DNA of 37,626 nucleotides from an uncultured Bifidobacterium sp. (GCA_964639395.1 CAZXCT010000004.1:1-37626), one strand, 5' to 3'; shown: positions 1 through 10,453, counted from the stretch's first letter. Notes: generated from the letters alone by a model not told the origin. Program-made: numbers and translations.

Positions 1-1136
1 CCTACGCCTTATTGCGAAAAATGGACCTCAGCCAAGAAGAAGTTGCTCGTAGTCTAGGAATGTCACCCCTAAAGGTATTGACGAGAATAATCTGGCCTCA
101 AGTGCGAGTAGCGAGTATTGCTGGGGCGCTACTTAGCGCACTATATGCCTTAAGTGACTTTGGAACTGTCTCTTTGATGAGACTTGACACCTTCACTCGA
201 GTTATCTACACCATGTATCGAGCAACGTTTGATAGAAGTTCCGCGGCCAGCTTAGCCTTATTGCTTTTAGCGGTAAGTATTTTTGTAGTTTGGCTAGAGC
301 GTAATGCCCGAGGAATGGTGGTACCGGCTTTTACCGGCGCAGGCACAAATCGAGTCGGAGGGATTTTTGCAATTGGGCGCTATCGCTACTTTGCCACAGC
401 TTTTATCTTACTTATTTATACACTGACTTTGATTGTTCCTGGATATGTATTAGTTTCAAGATCCTTAAGTTTAAATACAAATATAGATTTTAAAAACTTA
501 ATCCAAGTAGTTTTAAATACCAGTTCAGTGGCATTTATTGGAGCAACTATTGCCTTGTTGCTTGCTTTGCCGGTCGGAATTCTTAGCGCAAGGTTTAAAT
601 CAAAATTTGCCACCTCGCTAGAAAACGGCCTCTTCATCACCCATGCACTACCTGGAGTTGTAGTCGGACTTTCACTAGTTGCACTTGGTGCACGATATCT
701 ACCTGGGATATATCAAACAATTTATCTCTTAGCTTTCGCCTACGCTTTATTATTTATTGCAAACTCACTTGGAGCCATTAGAAGTAGTTTGGCTAAAATT
801 CCTAATCGACTTGATGAAGTTTCTAGAAGTTTAGGTAATAATTACAACCAAACTCTGCGAAAGGTAATTCTTCCAATTGCCTCACCTGGGATCTTTTCTG
901 GCTGGTTACTTGTTTTTGTAACTGCGATGAAAGAACTGCCCGCGACATTAATGCTTAAACCGACTGGTTTTGAAACTCTTTCTACTTCACTTTGGACAGC
1001 AACCTCGATTTCGCAATATGCGCAAGCAGCGCCCTACGCGCTGGCGCTTATATTTATCGCCTCGATCCCCTCTTATCTACTGAACCGGCCAAATATGGCT
1101 GAGCGGACGCTAATGCGAGAGAATAATTACACATGA
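1..1136 (+). CDS. ABC transporter permease, fused two-repeat Fe(III)/thiamine type (FbpB/ThiP-like); 5' end cut by window edge
   Basis: The frame is open back to base 3. The sequence starts in the cytoplasmic EAA-type loop of a first permease repeat ('EEVARSLGMS...IIWPQ'). A complete second multi-TM repeat follows with its own loop ('LDEVSRSLGNN...VILPIASPG'). There is an ATGA start/stop overlap with the downstream ATPase gene. Confidence 0.85.
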   Translation, partial: YALLRKMDLSQEEVARSLGMSPLKVLTRIIWPQVRVASIAGALLSALYALSDFGTVSLMRLDTFTRVIYTMYRATFDRSSAASLALLLLAVSIFVVWLERNARGMVVPAFTGAGTNRVGGIFAIGRYRYFATAFILLIYTLTLIVPGYVLVSRSLSLNTNIDFKNLIQVVLNTSSVAFIGATIALLLALPVGILSARFKSKFATSLENGLFITHALPGVVVGLSLVALGARYLPGIYQTIYLLAFAYALLFIANSLGAIRSSLAKIPNRLDEVSRSLGNNYNQTLRKVILPIASPGIFSGWLLVFVTAMKELPATLMLKPTGFETLSTSLWTATSISQYAQAAPYALALIFIASIPSYLLNRPNMAERTLMRENNYT

Positions 1137-2152
1137 CCGATATAAAAATTGAAGCCTTGACTGTCTCTTATGGCGAGAGCAAAGTGCTCGATAATTTATC
1201 CCTTCACATCCCCTCTCAAAAACTAGTAGCAGTGTTGGGCCCCTCAGGATGCGGAAAATCCACCTTACTTCGCGCAATCGCGGGATTTGTAGCACCTAAA
1301 TCTGGAACAATTCGATTCGGCTCAACTTTAATGAGTGTGTCAAGTGTTCAGGTGCCACCCGAAAGACGAAATGTTGGCTACGTACCGCAAGAAGGTGCTC
1401 TGTTTCCGCATCTTTCAGTTTCAAAAAATATTGGTTTTGGACTTGCTAAAGGAAAGAGTTCGCAAAAAAGAATTGACGAAATGTTGAAATTAGTGGATAT
1501 GACTTCGTTTGCAAATCGACTCCCCCATCAATTAAGCGGCGGACAGCAGTTTCGGGTGGCAATTGCTAGAGCCTTAGCGCCTGCTCCGAATGTAATGCTG
1601 TTAGATGAGCCCTTTTCAGCGCTAGATGCACAATTACGCGAGGAATTACGCCAAGAAATAAAAATTATTTTAAAGGCCACAAATACCACCACGCTTTTAG
1701 TAACTCATGACAGAGAAGAAGCGCTAGTGATGGCGGATCTAGTGGCGCCTATGAAAGACGGAAAAATCATTCAAATCGGAACACCGCAAGAGGTCTACAA
1801 CTTTCCAGCTGGGCCAGAGACTGCAGTTAGTACTGGTGACGCCTTGATAATTTCGGCGATTAAAACCAAGTCCGGAAAAATCTACACTCCACTTTCGTCT
1901 ATCCAGCCGCAATCTGGAGTAAAGGGCAAACTAGTCGTTAGGCCGGAAGAGATTCAAATCGATTTAGTCAAGTCTAAATCCAATGCCAAGGTAGCAGAGA
2001 TCGAATATTTTGGTCATGACGCACTAATTCATTTAGAGTTAGCTGATAAGTCACAAATTTGTGCCAGGGTAGCCGCTCCAGTTAGTTTAAAAATAGGAGA
2101 CAAAGTACTTGCTACACAAACTGGGCCAATACGTTTTTACAACGAAAACTAA
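1133..2152 (+). CDS. ABC importer ATP-binding protein (FbpC/PotA-like, with C-terminal TOBE-like regulatory domain)
   Basis: Walker [10 protein letters not shown], signature LSGGQQFR, Walker [13 protein letters not shown]-loop VTHD. It is coupled to the upstream permease by a 4-bp overlap. Confidence 0.9.
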   Translation: MTDIKIEALTVSYGESKVLDNLSLHIPSQKLVAVLGPSGCGKSTLLRAIAGFVAPKSGTIRFGSTLMSVSSVQVPPERRNVGYVPQEGALFPHLSVSKNIGFGLAKGKSSQKRIDEMLKLVDMTSFANRLPHQLSGGQQFRVAIARALAPAPNVMLLDEPFSALDAQLREELRQEIKIILKATNTTTLLVTHDREEALVMADLVAPMKDGKIIQIGTPQEVYNFPAGPETAVSTGDALIISAIKTKSGKIYTPLSSIQPQSGVKGKLVVRPEEIQIDLVKSKSNAKVAEIEYFGHDALIHLELADKSQICARVAAPVSLKIGDKVLATQTGPIRFYNEN

Positions 2153-4803
2153 ATACCAGCCAATTGTCGCAATACATACAACAAGATTCCGCCGTGGCGA
2201 AAATATTCTGCTTCACCAGGTGTATCAATTCGAACTTTGACTTCAAAGTTAATCACTGAACCATCGGATTTTTTAGCGGCGACCTTAACGGTTGATGGGA
2301 TCATGCCCTGATTTAGCTGGGTTATACCCAATATTGAAAATTCTTCACTTGCGTTTAGGTTCAAACTTTCTAGGTTTTCGCCATCTTTAAATTGCAGCGG
2401 TAGTACGCCCATTCCAACTAGATTGCTGCGATGTATCCGCTCATAAGATTCGGCAATCACGGCCTTTACCCCCAGCAGCGAGGTGCCTTTTGCTGCCCAA
2501 TCGCGCGATGAGCCCGATCCGTACTCTTGACCCGCAATTATTACAAGTGGAATATCTTTTTCGCCATAGGCCTGTGCTGCGTCGTAAATAGAAGTAGTTT
2601 CATTAGTTAATAAGTTTTTTGTGAATCCACCTTCTACCCCAGAAACCAACTTATTCCGCAGACGAATATTGGCAAATGTTCCTCGAATCATTACTTCGTG
2701 ATTGCCGCGGCGAGAACCATAAGAGTTGAAATCTTTCTTATCAATTCCATTGGCTGTCAAATACTTACCAGCCGGACTATCAGCTTTAATGTTTCCGGCA
2801 GGTGAGATGTGATCAGTTGTTACTGAATCACCTAGCCAAGCCAGCACTCGGGCTGAAGAAATATCACTTACCTCATTTGGTTTTGTTGGCATGTTGTCAA
2901 AATAAGGCGCTTTTCTTACATAAGTGCTTTGTTGATCCCAATCAAATATCGCACCGGTTGGAGTTTGTAATGCTTGCCATCTTTCGTCGCCCTTAAATAC
3001 GTCGGCATATCGCTTGGTGAACATCTCTTTATCAATGGCGCCTTGAATTGTTTTGGTAATTTCATCAGTAGTGGGCCAAATATCCTTTAGATAAACTGGC
3101 GCACCTGCTTCATCAAAGCCGAGGGGATCATTAACAATGTCTATGTCCATGGTGCCAGCGAGCGCATAGGCAACCACTAACGGCGGTGAAGCTAAATAGT
3201 TCATCTTTACATCGGGATTTATTCTTCCTTCAAAGTTTCGGTTGCCACTTAAAACTGCTGAGACTGACAAATCAGCTTCGTTTACCGCTTTAGAGATTTC
3301 ACTCGGAAGTGGCCCGCTGTTTCCGATGCAAGTGGTGCAGCCATAGCCGACCAAATCAAACCCAAGTTTTTCTAGGTAGGCAGTGAGTCCAGATTTGTTG
3401 TAGTAGTCAGTAACAACTTGAGATCCTGGTGCCAGCGTGGTTTTAACCCATGGCTTTCGCGAGAGTCCCTTTTCTACCGCTTTTTTTGCCAAAAGCCCTG
3501 CCCCGATCATCACATCAGGGTTAGAGGTATTTGTACAAGAAGTTATTGCGGCGATTACGACTGCGCCATGTTTGAGTTCAAAACTTTCACCAGAAAGGTT
3601 TACCGTTACGCTTTTTTCGAGCTCAGTTGTGTACTGCGGCAAAACTTTTTTAAAATTATTTTTTGCTTCTCTAAGATTAATTCTGTCTTGTGGGCGCTTT
3701 GGGCCAGCAATGCTTGGCTCAACTGAATCTAAATCTAACTCCAAGTACTCACTAAATCTAGGTGTGTGTTTAGGATCTAGCCACAAACCTTGCGCTTTAG
3801 CATAGGTTTCTATTAATGCTAATTGTTGTTCGCTTCGCCCAGTAAACCTTAAGTAATCAATTGTTTGATTATCAATTGGAAATATTGCAACGGTCGAACC
3901 GTATTCTGGGCTCATGTTACCGATAGTTGCTCTGTTAGCTAAAGGAATATTAGAACAACCTTCGCCATAAAATTCTACAAACTTACCAACAACTTTATGC
4001 TGTCTTAACTTTTCAGTGATTGTTAAAACTAAGTCGGTAGCTGTTACGCCTTCTTTTAGAATTCCAGTTAATTTAAATCCAACAACTTGCGGAATCAACA
4101 TACTTACTGGTTGGCCCAACATGGCTGCTTCAGCTTCTATTCCGCCGACGCCCCAACCCAAAACTCCCAGTCCGTTCACCATTGTGGTGTGTGAGTCTGT
4201 TCCAACTACGGTGTCAGGATAAGCAACTGAATCTTTTTCAAAAATAACTCTTGCTAAGTTTTCAATATTCACTTGATGGACGATTCCGGTACCTGGTGGA
4301 ACTACTTTAAATTCAGAAAATGCGCCTTGTCCCCAACGCAAAAATTGATACCGTTCAATATTTCTTTGATATTCCAAATCCACATTTGTTGTAAAAGCGG
4401 TACTTGACCCAAAGGCGTCTGCAATTACTGAGTGGTCGATTACCAACTCTGCCGGTGCTAGCGGATTTACCAGTTGCGGATCTTTTTTTAATTCATTCAT
4501 TGCCTCGCGCATAGTTGCTAGATCTACTATCGCTGGTACGCCGGTGAAATCTTGCATAATCACCCGGGCAGGGGTGTATGGAATCTCGGTATCTGGCTCG
4601 GTTTTTGGGTCCCAATCGGCCAAGGCTTGAATGTGAGCTTTAGTCACATTAAAACCATCTTCTTTGCGAAGTAGGTTCTCTAGCAAAATCTTCAAACTAA
4701 AAGGTAAGTCAGCTGTATTACTAATTCTTGTAATATCAAAAATCGAGACCGATTTGGCCCCAACCGCCAATTCGCGCTTAGTGTTAAAAGAATTCTGACT
4801 CAA
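2149..4803 (-). CDS. acnA: aconitate hydratase A (884 aa)
   Basis: Full-length aconitase with Fe-S ligand motifs [18 protein letters not shown] and [10 protein letters not shown], plus [12 protein letters not shown] start with GGAG 5 nt upstream. Its stop overlaps the stop of the convergent ABC ATPase gene (CTAA). Confidence 0.96.
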   Translation of the reverse strand: MSQNSFNTKRELAVGAKSVSIFDITRISNTADLPFSLKILLENLLRKEDGFNVTKAHIQALADWDPKTEPDTEIPYTPARVIMQDFTGVPAIVDLATMREAMNELKKDPQLVNPLAPAELVIDHSVIADAFGSSTAFTTNVDLEYQRNIERYQFLRWGQGAFSEFKVVPPGTGIVHQVNIENLARVIFEKDSVAYPDTVVGTDSHTTMVNGLGVLGWGVGGIEAEAAMLGQPVSMLIPQVVGFKLTGILKEGVTATDLVLTITEKLRQHKVVGKFVEFYGEGCSNIPLANRATIGNMSPEYGSTVAIFPIDNQTIDYLRFTGRSEQQLALIETYAKAQGLWLDPKHTPRFSEYLELDLDSVEPSIAGPKRPQDRINLREAKNNFKKVLPQYTTELEKSVTVNLSGESFELKHGAVVIAAITSCTNTSNPDVMIGAGLLAKKAVEKGLSRKPWVKTTLAPGSQVVTDYYNKSGLTAYLEKLGFDLVGYGCTTCIGNSGPLPSEISKAVNEADLSVSAVLSGNRNFEGRINPDVKMNYLASPPLVVAYALAGTMDIDIVNDPLGFDEAGAPVYLKDIWPTTDEITKTIQGAIDKEMFTKRYADVFKGDERWQALQTPTGAIFDWDQQSTYVRKAPYFDNMPTKPNEVSDISSARVLAWLGDSVTTDHISPAGNIKADSPAGKYLTANGIDKKDFNSYGSRRGNHEVMIRGTFANIRLRNKLVSGVEGGFTKNLLTNETTSIYDAAQAYGEKDIPLVIIAGQEYGSGSSRDWAAKGTSLLGVKAVIAESYERIHRSNLVGMGVLPLQFKDGENLESLNLNASEEFSILGITQLNQGMIPSTVKVAAKKSDGSVINFEVKVRIDTPGEAEYFRHGGILLYVLRQLAGI

Positions 4804-4804
4804 G

Positions 4805-4832
4805 TTTGCTCCATATGAAGTTTACGAGCAAA
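4805..4832 (-). other. hairpin TTTGCTC-(14 nt)-GAGCAAA covering the acnA SD and spacer
   Basis: 7-bp stem read directly, plus one G.U pair. On the minus strand the 3' arm contains 3 of the 4 bases of GGAG and ends 1 nt before the TTG start. Confidence 0.25.
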
Positions 4833-4851
4833 TCCTATCAGTTGAAAAAAA

Positions 4852-6009
4852 TCAAACTTCCGGTGCAAAAATCGCGACTGTTTCCATGTGATGGGTCTGG
4901 GGAAACGCATCTACCAACTCCAAAGCGCAAAGCTGCCACCCAGTATCTACTAATACTTTGGTATCGCGAGCGAGTGAAGCCGGATCGCAAGCGATATAAA
5001 TTATCTGCTGCTGTGCGATTTCAGCTAACCTCGCACTCGCCTTCTGCCCCAAGCCACTTCGCGGTGGATCTAGCAAAACTAAATCATATTTTTGATTAGT
5101 ACTAAAAATAAATTTTTCAACATCCATTCTCACTGATTTAGCATTAGCAAACTTTGCCAAATTTTCTGCAGCACAAGCTGCCGCATTTTTGTCTAGCTCA
5201 ACTGAAGTGAGTTTTGATATTTTGTTATTTTCTAGTAGTAGTCTGCCAAAAATGCCTACTCCGGCAAATAAGTCTAAAGCGCTATTGTTCGGTATTGCTG
5301 CTTTTAGAATGATTTCACTAAGTTTTTCGGCTGCTGCTATATGAGACTGCCAAAACCCAGAAGCAAAATGAATAAAATCAACATTACCAATTCGTGTTGA
5401 TATTTTTTTGTCAAATCCTTTTTCTAAAATAATTGTCTCAGTATCAGTAGATATTAATTCAACTTCGGTATTAATAAATTCATCTTTTAGCTCAGCTAAA
5501 AATGAGTTGATTGCCGGTAGGGCAACTTTGCAATGAGTAATTGGTATCGTTTGATTTGAACGAAACTTTCTAAACCCCAACTCACCCATTTCATTAGTGG
5601 TTAAGCGAATTTTGCTTCTATAGTTAAAGTCTTTTGGGTCCAACTGATGGGTAATGATCTCAGGTAGTGCTGAAATGTTGGCTAAGCGATTTAGTTGCTC
5701 AATAAGAATATCTTTTTTTAATAGAAGTTGATAGTCGATATCAGCATGCTGAAAATCGCAACCACCACAGCCTTCAGCTTTAAAGTACTCACAAGGTGGT
5801 GTAACTCTGTGTTCATTTTTTTCTAGAACGGTTAGCGTTTCGCCAATCCAGGCTCTTTTACCAGGTGCTGATTTAACGATCCGCACTTTGACAAGTTCAC
5901 CCGGTAGCGCCTGTCTTACAAAAATCACGACACCTTCGTGGCGTGCTACAACATAACCACCGTGAGCAATTTTGTCACATCGAACTTCAATTACTTCATC
6001 AATTTTCAA
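4852..6009 (-). CDS. TRAM-domain class I SAM-dependent RNA (uracil-5-)-methyltransferase, RumA/TrmA family
   Basis: N-terminal TRAM-like beta domain, Cys cluster 'CEYFKAEGCGGCDFQH', SAM-binding 'LDLFAGVG', 'LLDPPRSGLG' and the catalytic-Cys motif 'IACDPASLARD'. Confidence 0.85.
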   Translation of the reverse strand: MKIDEVIEVRCDKIAHGGYVVARHEGVVIFVRQALPGELVKVRIVKSAPGKRAWIGETLTVLEKNEHRVTPPCEYFKAEGCGGCDFQHADIDYQLLLKKDILIEQLNRLANISALPEIITHQLDPKDFNYRSKIRLTTNEMGELGFRKFRSNQTIPITHCKVALPAINSFLAELKDEFINTEVELISTDTETIILEKGFDKKISTRIGNVDFIHFASGFWQSHIAAAEKLSEIILKAAIPNNSALDLFAGVGIFGRLLLENNKISKLTSVELDKNAAACAAENLAKFANAKSVRMDVEKFIFSTNQKYDLVLLDPPRSGLGQKASARLAEIAQQQIIYIACDPASLARDTKVLVDTGWQLCALELVDAFPQTHHMETVAIFAPEV

Positions 6010-6039
6010 TTTAACCCAAGTCTAATCTTCACTATTAAA

Positions 6040-6660
6040 TTACTCTGTGCTCGCGGCGCGATCGCGAGCTGCTTTGGCAATTCGATAAGTGACATAAACC
6101 GCTAGTAGATACAGTGGCCAGCCCATAAATAGCCGACTGGTTCCTAGCAGGCCAATGGCTTGATTGAAATAAAGCGGTATTTGCACAATCAATCTAATAC
6201 TAAAAAGGCCCACCCAAAACCAAGTTAAATTCACACAAACCCGCCGCAAGCTCGGATTTGTTAACCACAACTTTGTATCACCCGAGATGGCTCCAATGAT
6301 GTACGCCATGAGTGGTTTCTTAATAAAAATAGATCCAGCAAATACGGCTGCATAAATGGCGTTGGTTACCAAGCCTGTTAGAAAGAAATTTGCGGCATTA
6401 TTAGTGCGGTAAGTAATAAAGACAGAGATTGCTAGTCCAAAAAACCCTGCAATCACTTGTGAAAGGGATTCCTTTTTAATAAGACGCAAAGCAAATATCA
6501 CTGCGCCAACACTGAGTGACACCCAAAGTGCCAAGTTTAATTCACTAAAAACTAAATATAAAATTAAAAATATAGCCGCCGGCAAGCCCGAATCTACTAA
6601 CCCGCGCCAGCCACCTAATGCCTTTTCGAATAATTCTCTATCTGGATTTTGATTTGACAT
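6040..6660 (-). CDS. DUF3159-type polytopic membrane protein
   Basis: 206 aa with about 6 TM segments. The N-terminus 'LGGWRGLVDSGLPAAIFL' is typical of the actinobacterial DUF3159 family, which sits next to dut. Family recalled by eye, not searched. Confidence 0.65.
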   Translation of the reverse strand: MSNQNPDRELFEKALGGWRGLVDSGLPAAIFLILYLVFSELNLALWVSLSVGAVIFALRLIKKESLSQVIAGFFGLAISVFITYRTNNAANFFLTGLVTNAIYAAVFAGSIFIKKPLMAYIIGAISGDTKLWLTNPSLRRVCVNLTWFWVGLFSIRLIVQIPLYFNQAIGLLGTSRLFMGWPLYLLAVYVTYRIAKAARDRAASTE

Positions 6661-6663
6661 TAG

Positions 6664-7098
6664 TTACCGCCCAGAAGAACCAAAGCCGCCAGTACCTCTT
6701 GCGGATTGTGGTAATTGTTCTACTAATTCAAATTCAACGCTAGCTACTTCTTGGATGATCAGCTGCGCGATTCTGTCTCCTGCTTTTATTTCAAAACTAT
6801 CTTGCGAATTTAGATTTATCAAGATTACTTTTATCTCTCCGCGATAACCTGCATCAATAGTTCCGGGGGCATTTAATACTCCGATTCCGTGTTTTATTGC
6901 TAAGCCTGAGCGTGGGTGAACTAGACCGACCTGATTTTTTTCAAGCGCAATTGCAATACCGGTGCCAATCGCGGCTCGTTCAAAAGGAGCCAAGCGCACT
7001 GATTCCACCGCAGATAGATCAAAACCCGCATCAAATTCATTTGCTTGGGTAGGAATTTGGGCATTTGGGTGCAATTTCAAGAATGGGACTTTAATCAA
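6664..7098 (-). CDS. dut: dUTP diphosphatase
   Basis: Motifs 'DAGFDL', 'RSGLAIKHG', 'GTIDAGYRGE', 'GDRIAQL' and 'RGTGGFGSSG'. The longest ORF runs to 7155. The TTG at 7098 is preceded by GAAAGGA at 5-nt spacing, gives a normal-length N-terminus (MIKVPFLKL...), and removes the overlap with the divergent gene at 7145. Confidence 0.9.
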   Translation of the reverse strand: MIKVPFLKLHPNAQIPTQANEFDAGFDLSAVESVRLAPFERAAIGTGIAIALEKNQVGLVHPRSGLAIKHGIGVLNAPGTIDAGYRGEIKVILINLNSQDSFEIKAGDRIAQLIIQEVASVEFELVEQLPQSARGTGGFGSSGR

Positions 7099-7144
7099 TG
7101 CAGTCCTTTCATAAATCAAAATTGTCTCTGCCACAATTGAGTCT

Positions 7145-7387
7145 ATGGCAAACAATCCGGTTTCGGTAGGCGCACGGCTTTTGGGCCCGCTACTGACTCC
7201 ACTCGTTACAGCCCTAGCGAAAAAGATTACGGCAAATTCTTTTACTAAAGCTACCGGACGAAAGCCACCTACAAAAAAATCACCTGGCTCATTTTCAGAT
7301 AATTTACTTTGGGCTATTGCCTTGACAACTATGTTGGCTTTAGCTCAAATGCTGGTACAAAAATTTTTCGAGAAGAACAACGACTAA
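7145..7387 (+). CDS. small DUF4235-like protein (80 aa)
   Basis: An N-terminal amphipathic/hydrophobic segment is followed by a basic linker and a second hydrophobic helix. This layout resembles DUF4235. There is a 4-bp convergent overlap with the next gene. Moderate support only. Confidence 0.5.
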   Translation: MANNPVSVGARLLGPLLTPLVTALAKKITANSFTKATGRKPPTKKSPGSFSDNLLWAIALTTMLALAQMLVQKFFEKNND

Positions 7388-7680
7388 GCGCATTCTTCGC
7401 ATATCATTACACCTTTTTTATCGCTAGCCAATCTGCTGCGATGCATTACTAAGAAACATTTTGAACAAGTAAATTCGTCTGCTTGTTTTGGAACTACTTT
7501 TACCGAAAGTGATTCATCTGAAAGGTCTGCACCGGGCAATTCGATAGTTTCAAGAATTTCATTCTCATCAACATCTGCTTGCGGATTATTTGTTTCGGCG
7601 CGCTTAGCCTTTAAATCTTCAAGACTGTCTTCGGCTAACTCTTCATCAGTTTTGCGTGGGGCATCGTAATCAGTTGCCAC
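7384..7680 (-). CDS. DUF4193 family protein (acidic N-terminus, C-terminal Cys pairs)
   Basis: 'TDYDAPRKTDEE...ELPGADLSDE...DEFTCSKCFLVMHRSRLA...CEECA' matches the conserved actinobacterial DUF4193 pattern. GTG start with AAGGAG upstream. Confidence 0.8.
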   Translation of the reverse strand: MATDYDAPRKTDEELAEDSLEDLKAKRAETNNPQADVDENEILETIELPGADLSDESLSVKVVPKQADEFTCSKCFLVMHRSRLASDKKGVMICEECA

Positions 7681-7781
7681 GGTCTCAACATCTCCTTTGT
7701 CCTATACGCGAGGATTGTGCCGTATCACCAGCACTTTGGCACTTTTTAAAACTGGTGAGTCCCGCCACAATAGACCTACCG

Positions 7782-7803
7782 CCTCACCCCTGACTGGGTG
7801 AGG
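7782..7803 (+). promoter_or_regulatory. GC-rich 8-bp hairpin (CCTCACCC-ctgact-GGGTGAGG) in the leader of the gamma-CA gene; its 3' arm carries the only SD-like sequence
   Basis: Direct reading of bases 7782-7789 and 7796-7803. A second copy of GGTGAG at 7754-7759 could pair with the same CTCACC. Confidence 0.3.
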
Positions 7804-7817
7804 GCACAATTTGATTC

Positions 7818-8336
7818 ATGGCAATCTACTCACTTTTTGACAAGACCCCGCAAATAGCCGCCAGCGCTTACTTACACCCAGATTGTGTAGTGATTGGTGA
7901 TGTCCGAATTGGCGCCAAGGCCTCGATCTGGCCTGGTGCAGTGTTGCGCGGTGATTCAAGTTACATCTCTATTGGAGAAGAAACTTCAATCCAAGATGGA
8001 ACGGTAATTCATTGTCGCAATCAAGAACCCACCGTAATTGGCGCCCGCTGCGTAGTTGGCCACAATGCGCATCTTGAAGGTTGCACGGTTGCAGATAATT
8101 GTTTAATTGGATCGGGGTCAACTGTTTTAGAAAATTCAAAAATTGAACAATTTAGTTTGGTAGCAGCCGGCTCGGTAGTGCCGCCGGGCAAGGTAGTTCC
8201 TAGTTATTCACTAGCTATTGGAGTTCCAGTAAAGATTAAAGAAAATATGTTCCAATCTGGTGCATTCGAAGATTCGGTTGAAAATTATTTAAACCTCAGT
8301 TCGCAATACCAAAGTGGGCTAAAAAGAATTGACTAA
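7818..8336 (+). CDS. gamma-class carbonic anhydrase family protein (left-handed beta-helix)
   Basis: Hexapeptide-repeat protein with a typical N-terminus 'P.I...A.LHPDCVVIGDV.IG..ASIWPGAVLRGD...I.IGE.TSIQDG.VIH'. Confidence 0.85.
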   Translation: MAIYSLFDKTPQIAASAYLHPDCVVIGDVRIGAKASIWPGAVLRGDSSYISIGEETSIQDGTVIHCRNQEPTVIGARCVVGHNAHLEGCTVADNCLIGSGSTVLENSKIEQFSLVAAGSVVPPGKVVPSYSLAIGVPVKIKENMFQSGAFEDSVENYLNLSSQYQSGLKRID

Positions 8337-9148
8337 TAAAACCTGCGGTAACAATCTCTAATTAAACTAGAAAATTCTTCAAAAACTACGGCGTTAGATG
8401 CAATAGCTAAATCCTGATTTAAATCTGATCCAGGTAAACCGCCCGTTTTACCACCCGCTTCTTGTACGAAAAGTGCACCGGCAGTGTAATCCCACGGATG
8501 CAGTCCTGTTTCAAAATAGGCATCAACTCTGCCGAGCCCAACCATGCATAGGTCAATCGCAGCAGAACCATCTCGTCGAAAATCTCTTACTTTATCTGAT
8601 ATTTCGTGAATGACGGCAGAATGTTTTTTTCTTTTTTCACTCTCATACGAAAACCCGGTAGCTACGAGCGTGTGCGCCAAACTAGTGCCTCGAGTGATTT
8701 CAACTTTAGTTTTACCTTCTTTGTTTATTAAAAATGCACCTTGGTTTTTTATAGCTAAGTAGGTTTCCCCTAATAATGGTGCATGTACCACCCCTACCTG
8801 CGTAACGGATTGCACCTGAACTCCAATTGATACTGACCAAATTGGATGCTTATGTAGATAGTTGACGGTTCCATCTATTGGATCAACAATCCATTTCACT
8901 TGGGTGGGATTTGGCGAATTATTGACGGTGCCCTCCTCGCCTAAAAAAATGTCATCTGGGCGCTGAGAAATTATTCGCGAGATTATGTGAGCTTCTGCTG
9001 CTTTATCCATGGCAGTTACTACATCGGTATCAGAAGTTTTTGTATCTACCTGCATCTGATCCGGACGCTCATCAATTAAGAGCCGCCCAGTGCTGTGCGC
9101 AATATCTAATGCCAGCTTGGCCAATTGCTCAACTAGATTTGTCTCCAT
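8333..9148 (-). CDS. inositol monophosphatase family protein (SuhB/ImpA/HisN-like)
   Basis: Metal-binding motifs 'FLGEEG', 'WIVDPIDGTVNY' and 'HPWDYTAG'. Confidence 0.85.
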   Translation of the reverse strand: METNLVEQLAKLALDIAHSTGRLLIDERPDQMQVDTKTSDTDVVTAMDKAAEAHIISRIISQRPDDIFLGEEGTVNNSPNPTQVKWIVDPIDGTVNYLHKHPIWSVSIGVQVQSVTQVGVVHAPLLGETYLAIKNQGAFLINKEGKTKVEITRGTSLAHTLVATGFSYESEKRKKHSAVIHEISDKVRDFRRDGSAAIDLCMVGLGRVDAYFETGLHPWDYTAGALFVQEAGGKTGGLPGSDLNQDLAIASNAVVFEEFSSLIRDCYRRFY

Positions 9149-9190
9149 CGGTATCTAGGGTACTTGCAGGCTAGCCGTAGCATCTGACTC

Positions 9191-10405
9191 GTGTTCAAAA
9201 CTTACAAAGCAATATTAAGCCTTCCTGGAAGTAAAGAGTTTTCTTTTGCCGGCTTGATTGCTCGCGCCCCAATGGCGATGTATGGATTAGCCGCCGTCTT
9301 ACTAGTTCAGTCGCGCACTGATAGTTACTTCTTAGCAGGTGTGGTTGCTGCCACGCTGTCGCTCGCTGCTGCAGTAGGAGCACCGATTTCGTCGAGATTT
9401 GCTGACAAATTAGGCCAGCATCGCGTCATACCCATTATTTTAACGGTTCACTCTTTAAGTCTCAGCGCTTTAATCGGCACGGTTTTGCTTGATGCGAATT
9501 TTTCTTTGGTTGTAATCGCTGCTGTCTTCTCGGGTTTGGCGATGCCGAGTATTGGCCCGATGGTGCGGGCACGCTGGATGTTTATTACTAAGACCGATCG
9601 ACAATTAAATACTGCATTTGCTTTTGAAAGTGTGGTGGATGAAATAATTTTTGTATTAGCGCCACCGATTGTCACTGTTTTATGTGTTTCTTTTTTTGAT
9701 GCCTCTGGACTAATTTTAGCAATTGGATTAGTAACATCTGGCAGCATTTGGTTTACTACGCAAAGAGCCACTGAGCCACCACCGCTAGCAAAAGGTTACA
9801 AACGAAGTAAGCCAGCAATTTTTGTTCCAGGAATGATAAGCGTATTTCTAATTTTCATGCTGTTTGGTGGTGTATGGGGAGCAGCTGAAATTGTGGTTGT
9901 GGCCTTTTCGCAAGATTTAGGAAACAAAAACTTAGCTGGGGCGTTAATCGCAGTTTGGTCATTTGGCTCGTTGGTGGCCGGAGTAATTTTCGGTACGGCT
10001 AACTTCACTGGGTCTATTTCGCTGAGATTCACCTTAACTATGTTTTTCTTCGCACTCTCACTCTCGCTGCTACCTTTTATAAAATCTTTCGAGGTTATGT
10101 TCCCGGTGCTACTGATCGCTGGCTTAGCAATTAGCCCCGCTTTGATCACCGGCTACACATTGGTGGGCAGATTAGTCAATAGAGACCAATTGACAGAGGG
10201 TTTGGCGTGGGCCAACACCGGCTCGGGATTAGGACTGTCACTATCCGCTCCTTTTGCTGGATGGGTAATTGACGAAATTAATGCTTCAGCTGCTTTTTGG
10301 GTGGTGTCACTATCGGGACTGGTGGGATTTTTGTTAACTGTGATTTCACTCCCCTGGTTAAGGCGCGCCGACTTGGCAGCAAGCAATGTAACCCAACTTT
10401 CTTAA
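9191..10405 (+). CDS. MFS transporter
   Basis: 404 aa with about 12 TM segments, and a 'SSRFADKLGQHR' loop between TM2 and TM3 typical of MFS. Confidence 0.8.
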   Translation: MFKTYKAILSLPGSKEFSFAGLIARAPMAMYGLAAVLLVQSRTDSYFLAGVVAATLSLAAAVGAPISSRFADKLGQHRVIPIILTVHSLSLSALIGTVLLDANFSLVVIAAVFSGLAMPSIGPMVRARWMFITKTDRQLNTAFAFESVVDEIIFVLAPPIVTVLCVSFFDASGLILAIGLVTSGSIWFTTQRATEPPPLAKGYKRSKPAIFVPGMISVFLIFMLFGGVWGAAEIVVVAFSQDLGNKNLAGALIAVWSFGSLVAGVIFGTANFTGSISLRFTLTMFFFALSLSLLPFIKSFEVMFPVLLIAGLAISPALITGYTLVGRLVNRDQLTEGLAWANTGSGLGLSLSAPFAGWVIDEINASAAFWVVSLSGLVGFLLTVISLPWLRRADLAASNVTQLS

Positions 10406-10453
10406 TTAATTGTCTAAAGTTGGCATAAGTAATAATTGAAAAAGGAGTTATTG

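Noticed and set aside
4812-4825. An IRE-like (iron-responsive element) loop in the acnA leader hairpin.
   Set aside because: The 14-nt loop (minus strand GUAAACUUCAUAUG) has no CAGUG-type hexaloop and no bulged C, so it bears no resemblance to an IRE.
9448-10386. Antisense ORFs of 60-186 aa inside real genes. Examples are 9448-9771, 9796-10149 and 10153-10386 opposite the MFS gene; 10612-11172 opposite sepH; 3418-3805 opposite acnA; 31108-31887 opposite ahcY; and 25224-25658 opposite lpqB.
   Set aside because: All lie fully inside strongly supported genes on the other strand. They have low-complexity, Ser/Arg/Ala-rich or Cys-rich composition and no SD-plus-start context, and I recognise no motifs in them. 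They are typical shadow ORFs.
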